Source of the DNA: Vicugna vicugna
Lineage: Eukaryota
Assembly (NCBI GenBank): GCA_013265495.1
Contig: MU058384.1
Coordinates: forward strand, 5,824,792-5,888,791
Direction: 5' to 3'
DNA: 64,000 nucleotides
The position numbers and the translations under genes were made by a program. A model generated the notes under the pieces. That model was not told where the DNA came from. It did no database searches and was given only the letters and a program-made list of their open reading frames with translations. Shown here piece by piece: positions 26,536 through 38,300 of this stretch. Numbering within the stretch: position 1 is the first letter of the stretch; each line of letters starts with the position of its first letter.

Positions 26536-26716
26536 ATATATAAATATATATATAACATTTTTATTTATGCTAACTTTTTTTAGGGGGGAAGAGATAGTCA
26601 GATTCATTTATTTATTCATTATGATTATGTATTTAATGGAGGACCTGGGTAGCGAATCTAGGACCTTGTGCATGCCAAGCACGCCCTCTACCACTGAGCT
26701 ATACCCTTCCCCCGTC
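26536..26716 (-). mobile_element. tRNA-derived SINE (vic-1-like)
   Basis: A/B boxes on - strand; 11-bp flanking repeat ACACTTTCTAT at 26525-26535 and 26717-26727. Confidence 0.85.
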
Positions 26717-27014
26717 ACACTTTCTATTTTTAATGAAGAAACTGGGTCATTTGTTTCATAGAGTTTTCCCCAGGCTGGATTTTGTTGATTGTAGTCACAT
26801 CACATGACCCTCTGTCCTTCGTGTTTCCTGGAAACTGCTATTTAGATCTAGAGGCTGGAAAAGATTTCGATTTTCTTGTTTGTTTGCAAACGCCATCCCA
26901 GGTGGTGGTCTGTGTCTTGCCACTGGAGGCACATCCTGTCTGTTTGTCTCCCACTTCTTTCTGCCTGTATCCTTTGAGCATCATGACCCAGATCCACTGT
27001 TTTCGTTTCATCAT

Positions 27015-27128
27015 TCAGTGGTAGAGTGCGTGCTAGCACGCATGAAGTCCTGGGTTCAACCCGCAGTACCGCCATTAAAATAAATAAATAAACCTAATTA
27101 CCACCCCCCAAAATTTTTTTAAAAAATT
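27015..27128 (+). mobile_element. tRNA-derived SINE (vic-1-like), 5' end missing
   Basis: TCAGTGGTAGAG..GTCCTGGGTTCAACC..(TAAA)n CCTAATTACC. Confidence 0.85.
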
Positions 27129-27633
27129 AATGCTTGAAACTTTCTATTTTTTAGTTTTCAAAATAATACATATATGATGTATAAATATTAAATAATATGT
27201 AATATAGAGACAATATATTCATTTTCAAACATGGATTTACACACAAAAAGTATATATCTATATATAGCACTTTGAATCTTGTTAACCACTTTTTTCTTTT
27301 TGAATACATCTACTTTTGGGGGTTAACTTTGGCATTATTAAGCAGGGTTAGGTTTTACCCAGTTATTTTTGGAAATAGCCCAAGATGACAGGGAGCAAAG
27401 GAACTGGTCATTTGCTCTAATCATACCTCTCCTGCTCAGATCACACACATAGACCTGTGCCCTTCACCTTCACACACCCGCACGCCCTTATCTGTTGTTT
27501 GTGTGGAGAATAAGAAATACAAAAGAAAGAATGGAAATAATGAAGGATGAATAAAGATGGCACAGACCTCTGGACAGACAGCTAATACATAGGATGAACT
27601 AACACAGATTCAGAAGCTCTGCGTGGGCTTTTT

Positions 27634-27740
27634 TTATTTTATTATTTTTTAATTAAAAAAATTTAATGGAGGTACTGGGGCTTGAACCCAGGACGCTGTG
27701 CATACTAAGCATGTGCTCTACCACTGAGCTGTACCCACTT
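27634..27740 (-). mobile_element. tRNA-derived SINE (vic-1-like, short tail)
   Basis: A/B boxes on - strand; 17-bp TSD with 2 mismatches at 27617-27633 and 27741-27757. Confidence 0.88.
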
Positions 27741-29638
27741 CTCTGCATGAGCTTTTTGAACAAACATTGGGAAAGCATATTCATTAAAAAAAAATCCTGA
27801 AATGATCTAAAACCTGTAGATGACATTTCATTTGACTAAGTTTGAAATTCTATACTTATTTTCAAAAATCCATTTTCCAAGTAAAATTGATAAGAGTTCT
27901 GCTTGGTGACAAGCCCTTAGACATGATCTTTTAGCTCAGTTTTAGCTGTATCACTAACAGCAGAGTGTTCCAGAGACACAGACATACTCTGTCATGATCA
28001 TAACACAGCTGCAGTATTGTGCTCAGCTTTGAGTGAAATGTTTAGACTTGCAGTGTGTCCACCAAGGGAGGGCAATCTGGATGACTGGGGCGTGTGACCT
28101 TCAGCCTGTGAAGAACGGTTGCGAGAGTTCGAGATGTTTGACTTGGACAAGAGGATGCTGAGGAAGTGATGAGGTGCATTCAAGTCTTTGTACACTGTCC
28201 TGAAGAAGGGATGGGGAAGGCTGATCCAGAGGACAAAGCAGCACTTCTGAACTCAAGTTCCCAGAAGGTAGACTTGGGCTGAGGAATGCATGAGGAATAC
28301 ATTTTCAAAAGGCAGGGCTGTCTCACAAAGCAGTGCACATCCTTAAAAAGTGATGCACTCCCGATTACTTGAAGGGCTCAAACGGTACCGGGGATGAATT
28401 TGATCAGATGACCACCTGGGTTTTTTTCGCTTTTTATTTTCTGGTGTTATGCCCTAGAGAAGAAGAAGGACCAATTCTACAAGCACTTTATTAAGCATTG
28501 ACTTGGGCAAAACCCTGTGCCAGGAGCAAGAAAAGCAGAGAGGGAGTGGGCTTTAATTAAAATTGCCAGAAGGACTGCAGTGCTGTTTCTTCTCCTGGCT
28601 TCTCCCAGTCTCAGAACTACTGACCTGGAGTGGTTAATATACATAGGTCCTTCCGCACTGCATTTACCAAACTGCCTTACTGCCTAACTGCTCGGTCAGT
28701 GATCCTGAGTGACCAGTTGTGATTTGTGGCCGCTAAAGGCTATTTGCACTGTTTCATCCTGTGGCTGGTCTGAGCCTGTGTTCAGAAAAGGCCAGCCTCC
28801 TCCTCTCTGTTCCTGGCCACACTGGACTTTCTGCCTCTGAGCCCAGGGTGACACACTGTGAGGGGCAGACTGGTGCATTGGGGGCTGCCTCTCACCAGTT
28901 AACATCCCTTGACCTTGGTCAATAACTACAGAGGAGCTGCACCTCTGGCTAAAAGCGATCTAGAGGGAAAAGTAGGCTGGCAGGTGAGAATGCTACTTCT
29001 TGCAGATGCGTTTTAAAAGAGAATGACTTTTCTTCGAGCCATTATCACTTTTTTGCTCTGAATCCAGGAAGCAGCATTATGAATACACTGCCAGCTACCA
29101 AAATGATGAAATATTGTCAACATGAAATGATTTACTCAAATCAGAGTGAAGAAGGGGGAGCACATGCCAAGAAGCGTCCATCTGTATAAATACGTATTTA
29201 AAAATGTCTACCAAATAGAAACCAAACTGCTACAGCAGTGATTCCCAAGGAAGGACCTGTGGAGGCGGGAGGAGAGAGGAGATATGTTGCCTTCTGCTTT
29301 ATGTGTTTCTGTGTTGTTTAAGGTTCTTTTTTTTCACAACAAGCATATCTGTTACCATTTTGAAAACGAAAAGAATGTTCACCAAGAAGATGGCATTGGA
29401 TTTAAATTGCGATACTTACAAGACTGTCATTTACCTACCAGAGAAAGCTGAGATAGTTCGTGAAAATAAACCTTTCAGAGGCGGGCTGTATTTTTCATCT
29501 GCGCTTGCCGTTTCCCGGGATATTACTGGCATGTTTGAAACTACACAGTTTCCTATGTGCTCCAGGAAGTGGCTGTCCACAAATGGGATCAGAGCAACAC
29601 AAAACACATCTCTAACCAACTTCTTTTGTCCTCTCTAG

Positions 29639-29771
29639 ATCTCATTGGCCTGCCGTGGGTGTGCTTTGTGTATACAATCATGAGTCTAGCATCCCTGGTT
29701 TTCGTTATTGTGTTCATACCCGAGACAAAGGGATGCTCTTTGGAACAAATATCAATGGAGCTGGCAAAAGA
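29639..29771 (+). CDS. SLC2A12: GLUT12 exon 4 (133 bp; TM12 and PETKG motif)
   Basis: AG at 29637-29638, GTGAGT at 29772; encodes (D)[43 protein letters not shown]. Confidence 0.98.
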
Positions 29772-31200
29772 GTGAGTATAATGCGCATTGCCCTCTGAAC
29801 AGCACTCTTTGGTCAAAGAAATCATGAAATAATAATAACATTGGAAATTGTTTTAGGATATTCCCTTTGGTGGGGAACCATATCTCAAGGCATAATTCCA
29901 GTTTCTCTGCCATGTGTTTGATTTGAGTGACTCAGGGAGGGAATTAGAATAACAGTGCTTTCTAACAAGTGAACCTTTCAAAGAGAGGTTTCGGGTAGGT
30001 CCTGGAATGTCATGCATGCCCTCTGCTAAGACCGTGGACTTCAGCCTTCCACCTCTGTCACACTTGGAGGTCTCTAAGCTCTAAACCTTTATGAAGGCTA
30101 AGGTTATCAGGAAAACTCCTGGGTTTAAATGTCAACAATTATTCCAAATATGGCACAAAGTACATTAAGAAAGATAAAGAGTTTCCTGTATGAATAGGCA
30201 GTTAGAACCCTGGTTAAATAAATTTCACATGGAGAAATTGCTTAAACAATTTAACTTAGCAGTGGGCTGGGGAGAGCTCCTTTTTTTCTTTTAGTAGCAG
30301 AACTCACAGCTCTGACTGCTGAGACTGGCCCGGGGGAGGAGGCGACCCACAGGGGCCAGGAATGAAGGGGAACTTGTTACTCCTCCTGGGACGAAATCAC
30401 TCAACTTGAAAACAGAGGGTTACTTGTTCTTCAGTTTTAATATAATGGGAGGAAACTACATATTTACAGTTGGTGACTTTCTTCTAAAAATACTTTCCAT
30501 ACACGAGAGAGAAATGTATGATGGCTACAGAAATTGTGGACACAGTGATTCTTCAGCTTTTATCTGAAGGAAGAATCAACCGGTAGGTGAACTGATGGTT
30601 GGTATATGTGTACAAATAGACCAAGCTGCTAATCTCGGTGTATTATTATTATACAATAATAATTTTTTATTATTATGGTAAACAGTAAGTAGGAGTGTGG
30701 AATTTTTGTACTTTGTACTTTATTTACTTTAAAATGGTCTACATTTTAAAAGGCATTTCACTTCAGTAGACAGAAAAACTTTTAATTCAAGGTAAATGTC
30801 AACTATAGGGCTAATTTTTGATACAGAGAAGGCGCCATTTTACAAAATATTCAGTGAAAATGAAAATTAGATATTTACAAAGAGAAAGATAGTTGTCAGG
30901 AAGGCCGGCTAGCCCCTTGGCCTGACCAGAGCATTGCCTGGCTCTCTGTAAGCTGAAGTCAAATAATTGGATTTCTTGACGAGGGGCAGAACCTGAACAA
31001 AGACAGTTAATTGCACACACACACGATTCAATAACTAATAGCCTCAGACCATGATAACTCAGTGCACTGACCTGTAATCTGGAAACATATCCGACAGATT
31101 CAGGCCTTTCCCAGATCTGAGATGCCAGGACACTGGTTACTCCAGTTACTTGATCTATTGGTCATTCTTCATTTCTCATCATTTCCTATAGCTTGTTTCA

Positions 31201-31698
31201 TGTCAGTTGTCTGAGCATAAAACACTCTCCCCAGATGTGGTGGCTTAAAATAGGCCATTTACGATTTTCCATGATTCTTTCGTTTGGCTGGGTGGGGCTT
31301 TGCTCAGGTCACCTGGGCTGACTCATGTGGTTACAACAGCTGCAGGACGGTCAGTTGGCCTGGAGGGTCCAAGAGAGCCTCACTCACAAGGTGGCAGGAG
31401 GTGCTGACACAGTGCCGGGGCGGGGAGGGGGCTGGCTTCAGTTCTCTTCCAGTGGCCGCATCCGCCAGGAGGCTAACATGGCTTCCTCGCCCGTCAGACT
31501 TGGGACAGCCTTCCGCGGCGGTGGAGGCAGGAGCTGCAAGGCTCCATGCGGTTTCCTTTCTGGAAGTCACATTACATCACTTCCTTCATTTTCTATTGTC
31601 AGTACAAGTCCCAAGGCCAGCCCAGATTCCAGGGGAGTAGAGATTGACTTAATGTCTTGATGAAATAAAGGACAAAGATTTTGTTTAAATCTACCACA
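31201..31698 (-). mobile_element. MaLR (MLT1-type) solo LTR
   Basis: GTGGCTTAAAA..; CACTTCC..CATTTTCTATTG..AAGTC..AGGCCAGCCCAGATTC..AATCTACCACA hallmarks. Confidence 0.75.
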
Positions 31699-32046
31699 CC
31701 CACTCTTTCTAGAAATTCTTTAACCTCCTAAGAAACAATTTTTTTCCCCAAATCTTCTCCTGCCTCACCAACTTTACTTCCTTATTTCTCCCTCTATTCC
31801 TCCATTATAGTTATCTTTGAAGATTTAGCCCTATATCCTTATGCCTTAAGAGCCAACACAAATCCTCATCTTCAAAGCCTTGAGTGGTCATAGCCCTGGA
31901 TAGAACGCCTTTCTCCTGGATCTTCAGTATCTTCTAGTCCCCATTCTCTTTCATACTGCCTTCGCTTAAACTCTTGTGGCTCTACTTCCTTAAGTAGGTT
32001 ATAAAGTTTTGGTTTCCAGGAATAGTCTTGGCCCATTATCTTTCTT

Positions 32047-32267
32047 TTTCTTTTTTAAAAATTGAAATACAGTAAACTTACAATGTTGTGTTAGTTTCTG
32101 GTGTACAGCATATACATTCACATACATATTCTTTTCCATTATAGGCTATTACAAGTTATTGAATATAGTTCCCTGTGCTGTATAGTAGGACCTTGTTGTT
32201 TATCTGTCTATTCTGTGTATAGCAGTTTGTATCTGCTAATCCCAAACTCCCAATTTATTCCTCCCAC
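32047..32267 (-). mobile_element. 5'-truncated L1 with 15-bp TSD (1 mismatch)
   Basis: Reverse complement of the L1 3' end at ~24690-24920; TSD CCCATTA(T/G)CTTTCTT at 32032-32046 and 32268-32282. Confidence 0.9.
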
Positions 32268-32589
32268 CCCATTAGCTTTCTTATATGACCTCTGCAGTGC
32301 TTAGTTTAACACTGATTCCTACCAGGTGATTAAAAAGTATCCAGTGTTCAGCTGGATAACTTGTGGTCAGACCAGTGCTGAATTCATTGTGTGTGGGGAT
32401 TAGAGCTTAGATAATGGTACAAACCACAACAGGTTTTGCTCTGTGGGTCATAGGATGTGATTTAATCTATGCTCTAACAATCTGTGTGTTGGGAGGTATG
32501 TGTTTAGAAAAGGGAGACCCATTGGCTCTACCATATCACTTCCTTCCCTACCACTTCAGATATTACTCACTCAGCTCTTTGGTGACCAT

Positions 32590-33490
32590 CTACTTGGACC
32601 AGACACTGTACTAGGGAAGAACTGAAGATGTAGGAGACAATCCATCGTTTCTTTACTTTAAGAGGCAGACAAGAAAACAGACCATTGCAATACACTTGTA
32701 TTGGCAAGTGCAAAGGAAGGTCACATGTACTGGAGGACTTCATCTATAAAATTTTCCTGAACAAGATAATCCCAAAGCTGAATCCTGAAAGAGTTATCTG
32801 GGCAAAGAGGAATGTGTGGCGGTCAGAGGAGGAGGGGTCACATGCAGATGTCCGTATACTCGTTGGTGTCATATAAAGAGGGCAGGTTCTGAGTTGGGGA
32901 ATCGAGAGATAAACCCAGAGCAAAGGGGAGCAAGCAATCAGGAAGGGTCTCATCCATCCTGGTAAAAAATTTGGATTTATCCTGAAGGCAACAGGGCATC
33001 TTTAGACCAACACAGCAGCAGAGAAAGGTGACATTTTTGAAGCAGCGTTCTGGCAAAAAATGGCAAATGGAGAGGGGAGATGCTGATGGGGGAGACGTAG
33101 GAAGAGTCTGTTGGAGGAAGCAGATGGGAATGCCTGGGGCTGGATGGGATGCAGAGATGGAACCTATACAATTTGGAGCCAGGTAGGAGAAACGAACTGA
33201 GGGAAAGGAAGGAACTGGGATCTCTCTCTAGCTTGGAGAGTGAGTCCTGTATACAACAGGGAGAATTAGCAAAGAAAGACCGGAGGAGGAGGAAGTGTAG
33301 GTTTGGGAGGCAGGCGTCCAGTAGGGGGTCGGGAACAACACAGAGTTCACTGAGCTCGGTTGGAACAGACTGTTTCAGGAAGCACCTGTGGGACATCATA
33401 TAAAGGGGAAAGAAAGCACGGGTGAGTTGGAAGCTGGAGTTGAGAAGTATATGTGTTGGGGATGATGTGGTCCTCAGCACAGAGGGTCAT
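32590..33490 (-). mobile_element. L2 LINE remnant
   Basis: Purine-rich degenerate L2 phrases (GGATTTTATCCTGAAGGCAA..; GAGTTCACTGAG..). Edges approximate. Confidence 0.55.
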
Positions 33491-35319
33491 AGGCAGGGGC
33501 AGACCCATCTCGTGGAGCCTAAGCTTTTGAAGACCCTGCTTATGAAAAATAATATAAACCATGAATGCAAGATTAGGCATGATGGTGTGGATCTTGGGAA
33601 GGGCTGTGCAGGTGAGAGGCCCTGAGTCTTAAGTTTCAATGGCTTTATGGAAATCCACCTTGCGTATAACTTTTTAAGCTACCCATAACTTTTAAGCTGC
33701 TGGAGAATTCCTTTAAAAATGAAGCCTTGTTAAAATTCTTGTGAGCAGTACTAACTAAAAAATGGAGGCAGGGAGAAAGCAGTTACGAATTAATTGAACA
33801 AAGCTAAGGACCTCTCCTATTACTGCTTCTTATTTCGCTCTTTTTTTTAAAAAAATCTAACTTGAAAGTGGAATGTTCTTCTCGATGAGTTAAGGTGAAG
33901 AAACTTTTAGATCTTTTTTTTTTTTCATGTGGGGCTGTCAGAATGTATCAAATTTTAAGCCAAATGAAAAACTGAAGACAAAACTTAAAAAAAAAAGCCA
34001 AACTTTCTGTCCAGTAAACCTCCAGAACATTCCCTAAGGACCGCATGCTTTGGGCGCCTAAAATTCAGCAAAACTTCTTCATTCAGAATTCGGGGGGGGG
34101 GGGGGGGAGGGAAGGAGTCTGTCTCCATCAGCAAAACGCTGAATTATGAAGTGTTTTGAAAAGAATCATATTTCTGTTACTTTTGAGTCATGCAACTACA
34201 CAAACTTAAAACCAGGCCCTCTCCAAGGAAGTTTTAAGTGGCGAATTAGAAGAGATTGAAAAGACAGAGTACTGCCCACCCCTAGGCAGATTCCACGATG
34301 AGCAGCAGGAGGCTGGTGTGGGAGGACAAATGCACGTAGAGGGCACTGGTGGGAATTAGGACAGAAGAGACTGTCAAACACTTCTGCACTTTAAACTCAC
34401 AGCAGCAGCAGTACCTACTAGGGATGCGCTCTTGTGGGGAAGCCCAGTACCTGGGGGCAGAAAGGAAATTTCAGAAATCTTGGCTGACCGACTTCTGCAA
34501 CACCAGAGAACCTGGGACAGGTCTTAACTTGAAGCAGCAGGTTGGCAAATGCTTCTAGAATGAAACATAAGCAGCCTGGATTGTGTACATCGATCCAAGT
34601 AGGTATGAAGTATGTACATTAAACAAGGTTGCTTGGAGGGAAATGTCAGAGACAAAAATAGAAATAAAATACATCATAGTATTGAAAAGTTATCCAACTA
34701 GTTAAGTTCGATGAATGGGGGCCGGCGGGAAGCCGCCGCCCTGGAACTGGCAAGGACAGGAACACTGAAGTGAACTTGAAGACTGAGGAAGGCTACTCCT
34801 GAATTAAGTGAGTCTTCTGTGAATTAGTGAAACAATGAATCAACTTTTGTCACCAGGGAAACAGAGAGTCCTGAGGTGTGCATCTCAATGATTCTTCTAA
34901 GTGGTAAGAAAGGAAACTATTTATAATATCAAATTAACTTCAATTTTGATACTCCCACCGCTTAACATTTTCTGTTCTTATACTGGGAGTTGGCTTCTTT
35001 CCCTCCTATTTCTACAAGGCTGAGAAAATATCTTTCCAAAGTTGTTAAGTTTCTTGTAAGATAAACAATGACTCAGCGGAGAGGTCAGAAAAGATTTCAG
35101 CAGTAATGTAATTTGAAAGGACTTCATTTTGAACTCCTGCCCTGCCAGCTACAAACTCAAACTGGGCCATTTGCCATCTTTGCTATTTCAGCTGTGACTT
35201 TCATTCTTTCCCTCAGCGTAAGTGGAAACAATTAGAGAAACCCAACAAGTCAAAGCTTTGTAAATATTTTAGTTCTGAGGCTTAGATTATTTTTCACTTT
35301 CAGCAGTTCATTTTATGCG

Positions 35320-38300
35320 GTCATTCCTTCATGCGTTCATCCAAATTCATTTATTCAATTAACATTTACTGAGGATCTGTTACCTGCCAGGCACTGTTCT
35401 AGGTGCTAGCATGACATCAGCCAGCAAGCAAAAATGCCATGACAATTAAAACGTGCTGGTAAGATGATATGTGTGTGAGGGGGGTTCCTTTGGTTGGTGA
35501 TCTGAGAAGGTTGTTCTGAGAGGTAACATGGAAGATAAAACCTGAGTGGTAATAAAGAGACAATAACCCTGAGAAGACAAGGAGAAAGAGAATTCAGGTA
35601 GTGAGAACAGTCAGTGTGCAAAGGCTGAATCAGAAACACACCTGCCCTGTTCCAGGAACCGAAAGAAGCCCAGGAGCCTGTGGTCTTTCAGATCCAGTGA
35701 GAATGTCAGTGGAGGCGGATGGGGAGGGCTGACTGACTTCGGATTTCATTCTAAGCGCAATAGGAAGCTACTGAGGTATTTTAAGCAGGGGAGTGACGTG
35801 CTCCGATCTGCTTTGAGGCGTGCCAAGCGAGCGTCCGCAGGCACACAGCTGAGCGTGGCTGAGAAAGCACACAAGCCCAGGGCGGAGGCTCACTTCAAAC
35901 CACCCTCATCCCCCACGCTGCCCTGCAGCTACCCAGGGCCCTCACCCGGGAACTGTCTCCTGCGCAACACCAACCGCTCTCTCTGAAACCTCCCACCTCC
36001 TTAGCCCTCCTCACTCCCGCTGATGGCCTCGCCCAACATCAGCACTGTGGAGAAAACAATCAGAAAGGGGACCCCAGTAACCTGCCACCTCCACCCGCAC
36101 GTCAGGCTTTGTATCCCAGATACACCACCACCTCTCCGGGGTCTCTTACTCCTTCCTGTGTGAAGCCAACCACTTCACATCCTCTCTCCTTCCCCTCCCT
36201 CCCCAGAACATTCCCCAGCCATCCTCCCTGCTCACCCCTGCGTCACCCACGTCCACATCACCCCGCCCCCAGCAGCCCACCCCAGGCTCTTCTTCATGTC
36301 TACCCCACTCCCATACTGTCCCTACTCCGTGTATTATAGGGTTTGTATTTTCTGCTTTTTTTTTTTCTTCCTTTCCTCTCCTCCTCCCTCCTTGCGTTCA
36401 AGATTATGAATCTTTGCTGTGGGCCTTGATCTTCCTTCTCCTCCTCCTGTTCACCCCGGTGGTGTGTGGGGGAGGTGGAGAGGGAGGACCCTCAAATATA
36501 TATCAGCCCAACAGCCTTAAATCTCCTCCTTTATTATTAGGAAACAACAACCAAATGATGTCATGAATATGAACGGCATTGTCAGATGAAAAACAAAATC
36601 TTACCTCTCTTACATCTTACCCCCTCTCCTGGATCTCCGCTCCTCATCAGCATATACGCCTTGCCTGATCGTTTTCCCATCTTTAAAAGAAAAAAGCATT
36701 TTGATCCCATTTTCCTCCCTAGGTTTCTCCTATCATTTATTTGCACCTCTTTTCTTTGCTATCATTTATAGCAAAGTCATCCAGAGTTGTCTATATTCAC
36801 TGTCAGCAATTCCTTTCTTCCTTTTCTCTCATGAACCTGCTCCCATGGGATGTTTATGGCCACCGCTCTACTGAAATTGCTCTTTTTAACATCCTCATTA
36901 CCACCGTATTGTTAAACCCAGTGATCAGCTGTTACTCCTTGTCTTAGCAGCTGGCATCGTGACTGTCCCCAGCATTGACTGAGGTGAGCGAGCCCTCCTT
37001 CCAGAAAAACTTGCTTCATTGCCTTCAGGGACCAACTTCCTGGTTGTCTCCTCCCAGTCACTCCTCAGCATCCTCTCTGGCTCTATCTTATCTTCCACTA
37101 TCTTAAAGCTGGTGTGCCCTAGGGCTTCATCCTCTGACCGCTTCTCTATCACCTTCACTGACTCAACCTCAAAGCCAACAGCCTTTATACCATCCATCCG
37201 CCACTGAATCCAAAATTTCCATCTCCAGCTTCGACACCTCTCCTGAATTCAGGCTTCTCTGTTCAGTTGTTTGCACTACTTCTCTTCTCAAAGGTCTAAC
37301 AAATATTTCAAACTTAGCATGTTCTAAACTGAACCCCATTGTCTCCCAAACCTACCCCACTCCTCTGTCTTATCTACCTCAGTTGATGTCAACAGATTTA
37401 GCCTTCTAGTTGCTCTGGCCACAAACCTTGGAGTCTTCCCTGAAGCTCTTTCCCTCACATCCTGTGTTCAATCTTCCAGAAAATACAGTGTTGACTCTTA
37501 TTTCAAAATAGATCCTGAGCCTGGCCACCTTCACAGCTCCTCCCCTGATCGGGGTCACCATGCTCTCTCCCATGTTACTCTAGCAGCCACCAGCCTGGTC
37601 CTGTTTTCAGCCTCCAATCTATTCTCCACACAGCAGCCAGTGATCCCTCTAAATGTGATTAAGCGGTTCCTTTGCTCAAATCCTCCCGGGGCTCTGATGG
37701 CCCAGACAGCCCTCATCTCCTGCTACATGCCTGCTCATTCACTCTCATCAGCTGCACTGGCATTTTTGACGCATCCCAAACACACCAGCTACGCCAAAGA
37801 CTCAGAGTCTGTGTCCTGGTTTCCTCTGTCTAGATTCCCTTCTGCCAGATGTCCATCCACCTATCTCATTGCTTTACCCCCTTCAGAATTTTCCTGTCGC
37901 CCTATTTAAAATCCCAATCTTATCCCAACTCTGCCTCTGCTCTCCTTCAGCTTTGTTCTAAAGCTGGTACCCTCTGCATTTTGTTTGGTCTCTTGTCTCT
38001 CTCCCCTTGCTATATTAAGTTCCTGGAGAGCAGAGAATTTTGTGTACTTTGTTCACTGTTGTTTCCCAGCACCTGGAATCATCTCTTCACATGTAATTGA
38101 AGCTCATTATTGAAATGAATAAACGAACAAATGAACAAATGAATGAATGAAGTGGATGTAGGAGTGAGGCAATCAGGTAGTCAGGGTGATCCCTAAAAAA
38201 AATTCAGCTTGAGAAAGTGCATGGATGGTAAACTAGGGGAGCCTGAAAGAAGAACAGGTTTCAGGGCTGGAAGGATTACACAGATGGCCAATAGACTTCA

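Noticed and set aside
33666..33698. Short near-direct repeat ATAACTTTT(T)AAGCT x2 (similar case near 50819-50850)
   Set aside because: Ordinary slippage-sized micro-duplication with no further structure.
34092..34107. G16 run as a G-quadruplex element
   Set aside because: Simple homopolymer of unreliable length; no supporting context.
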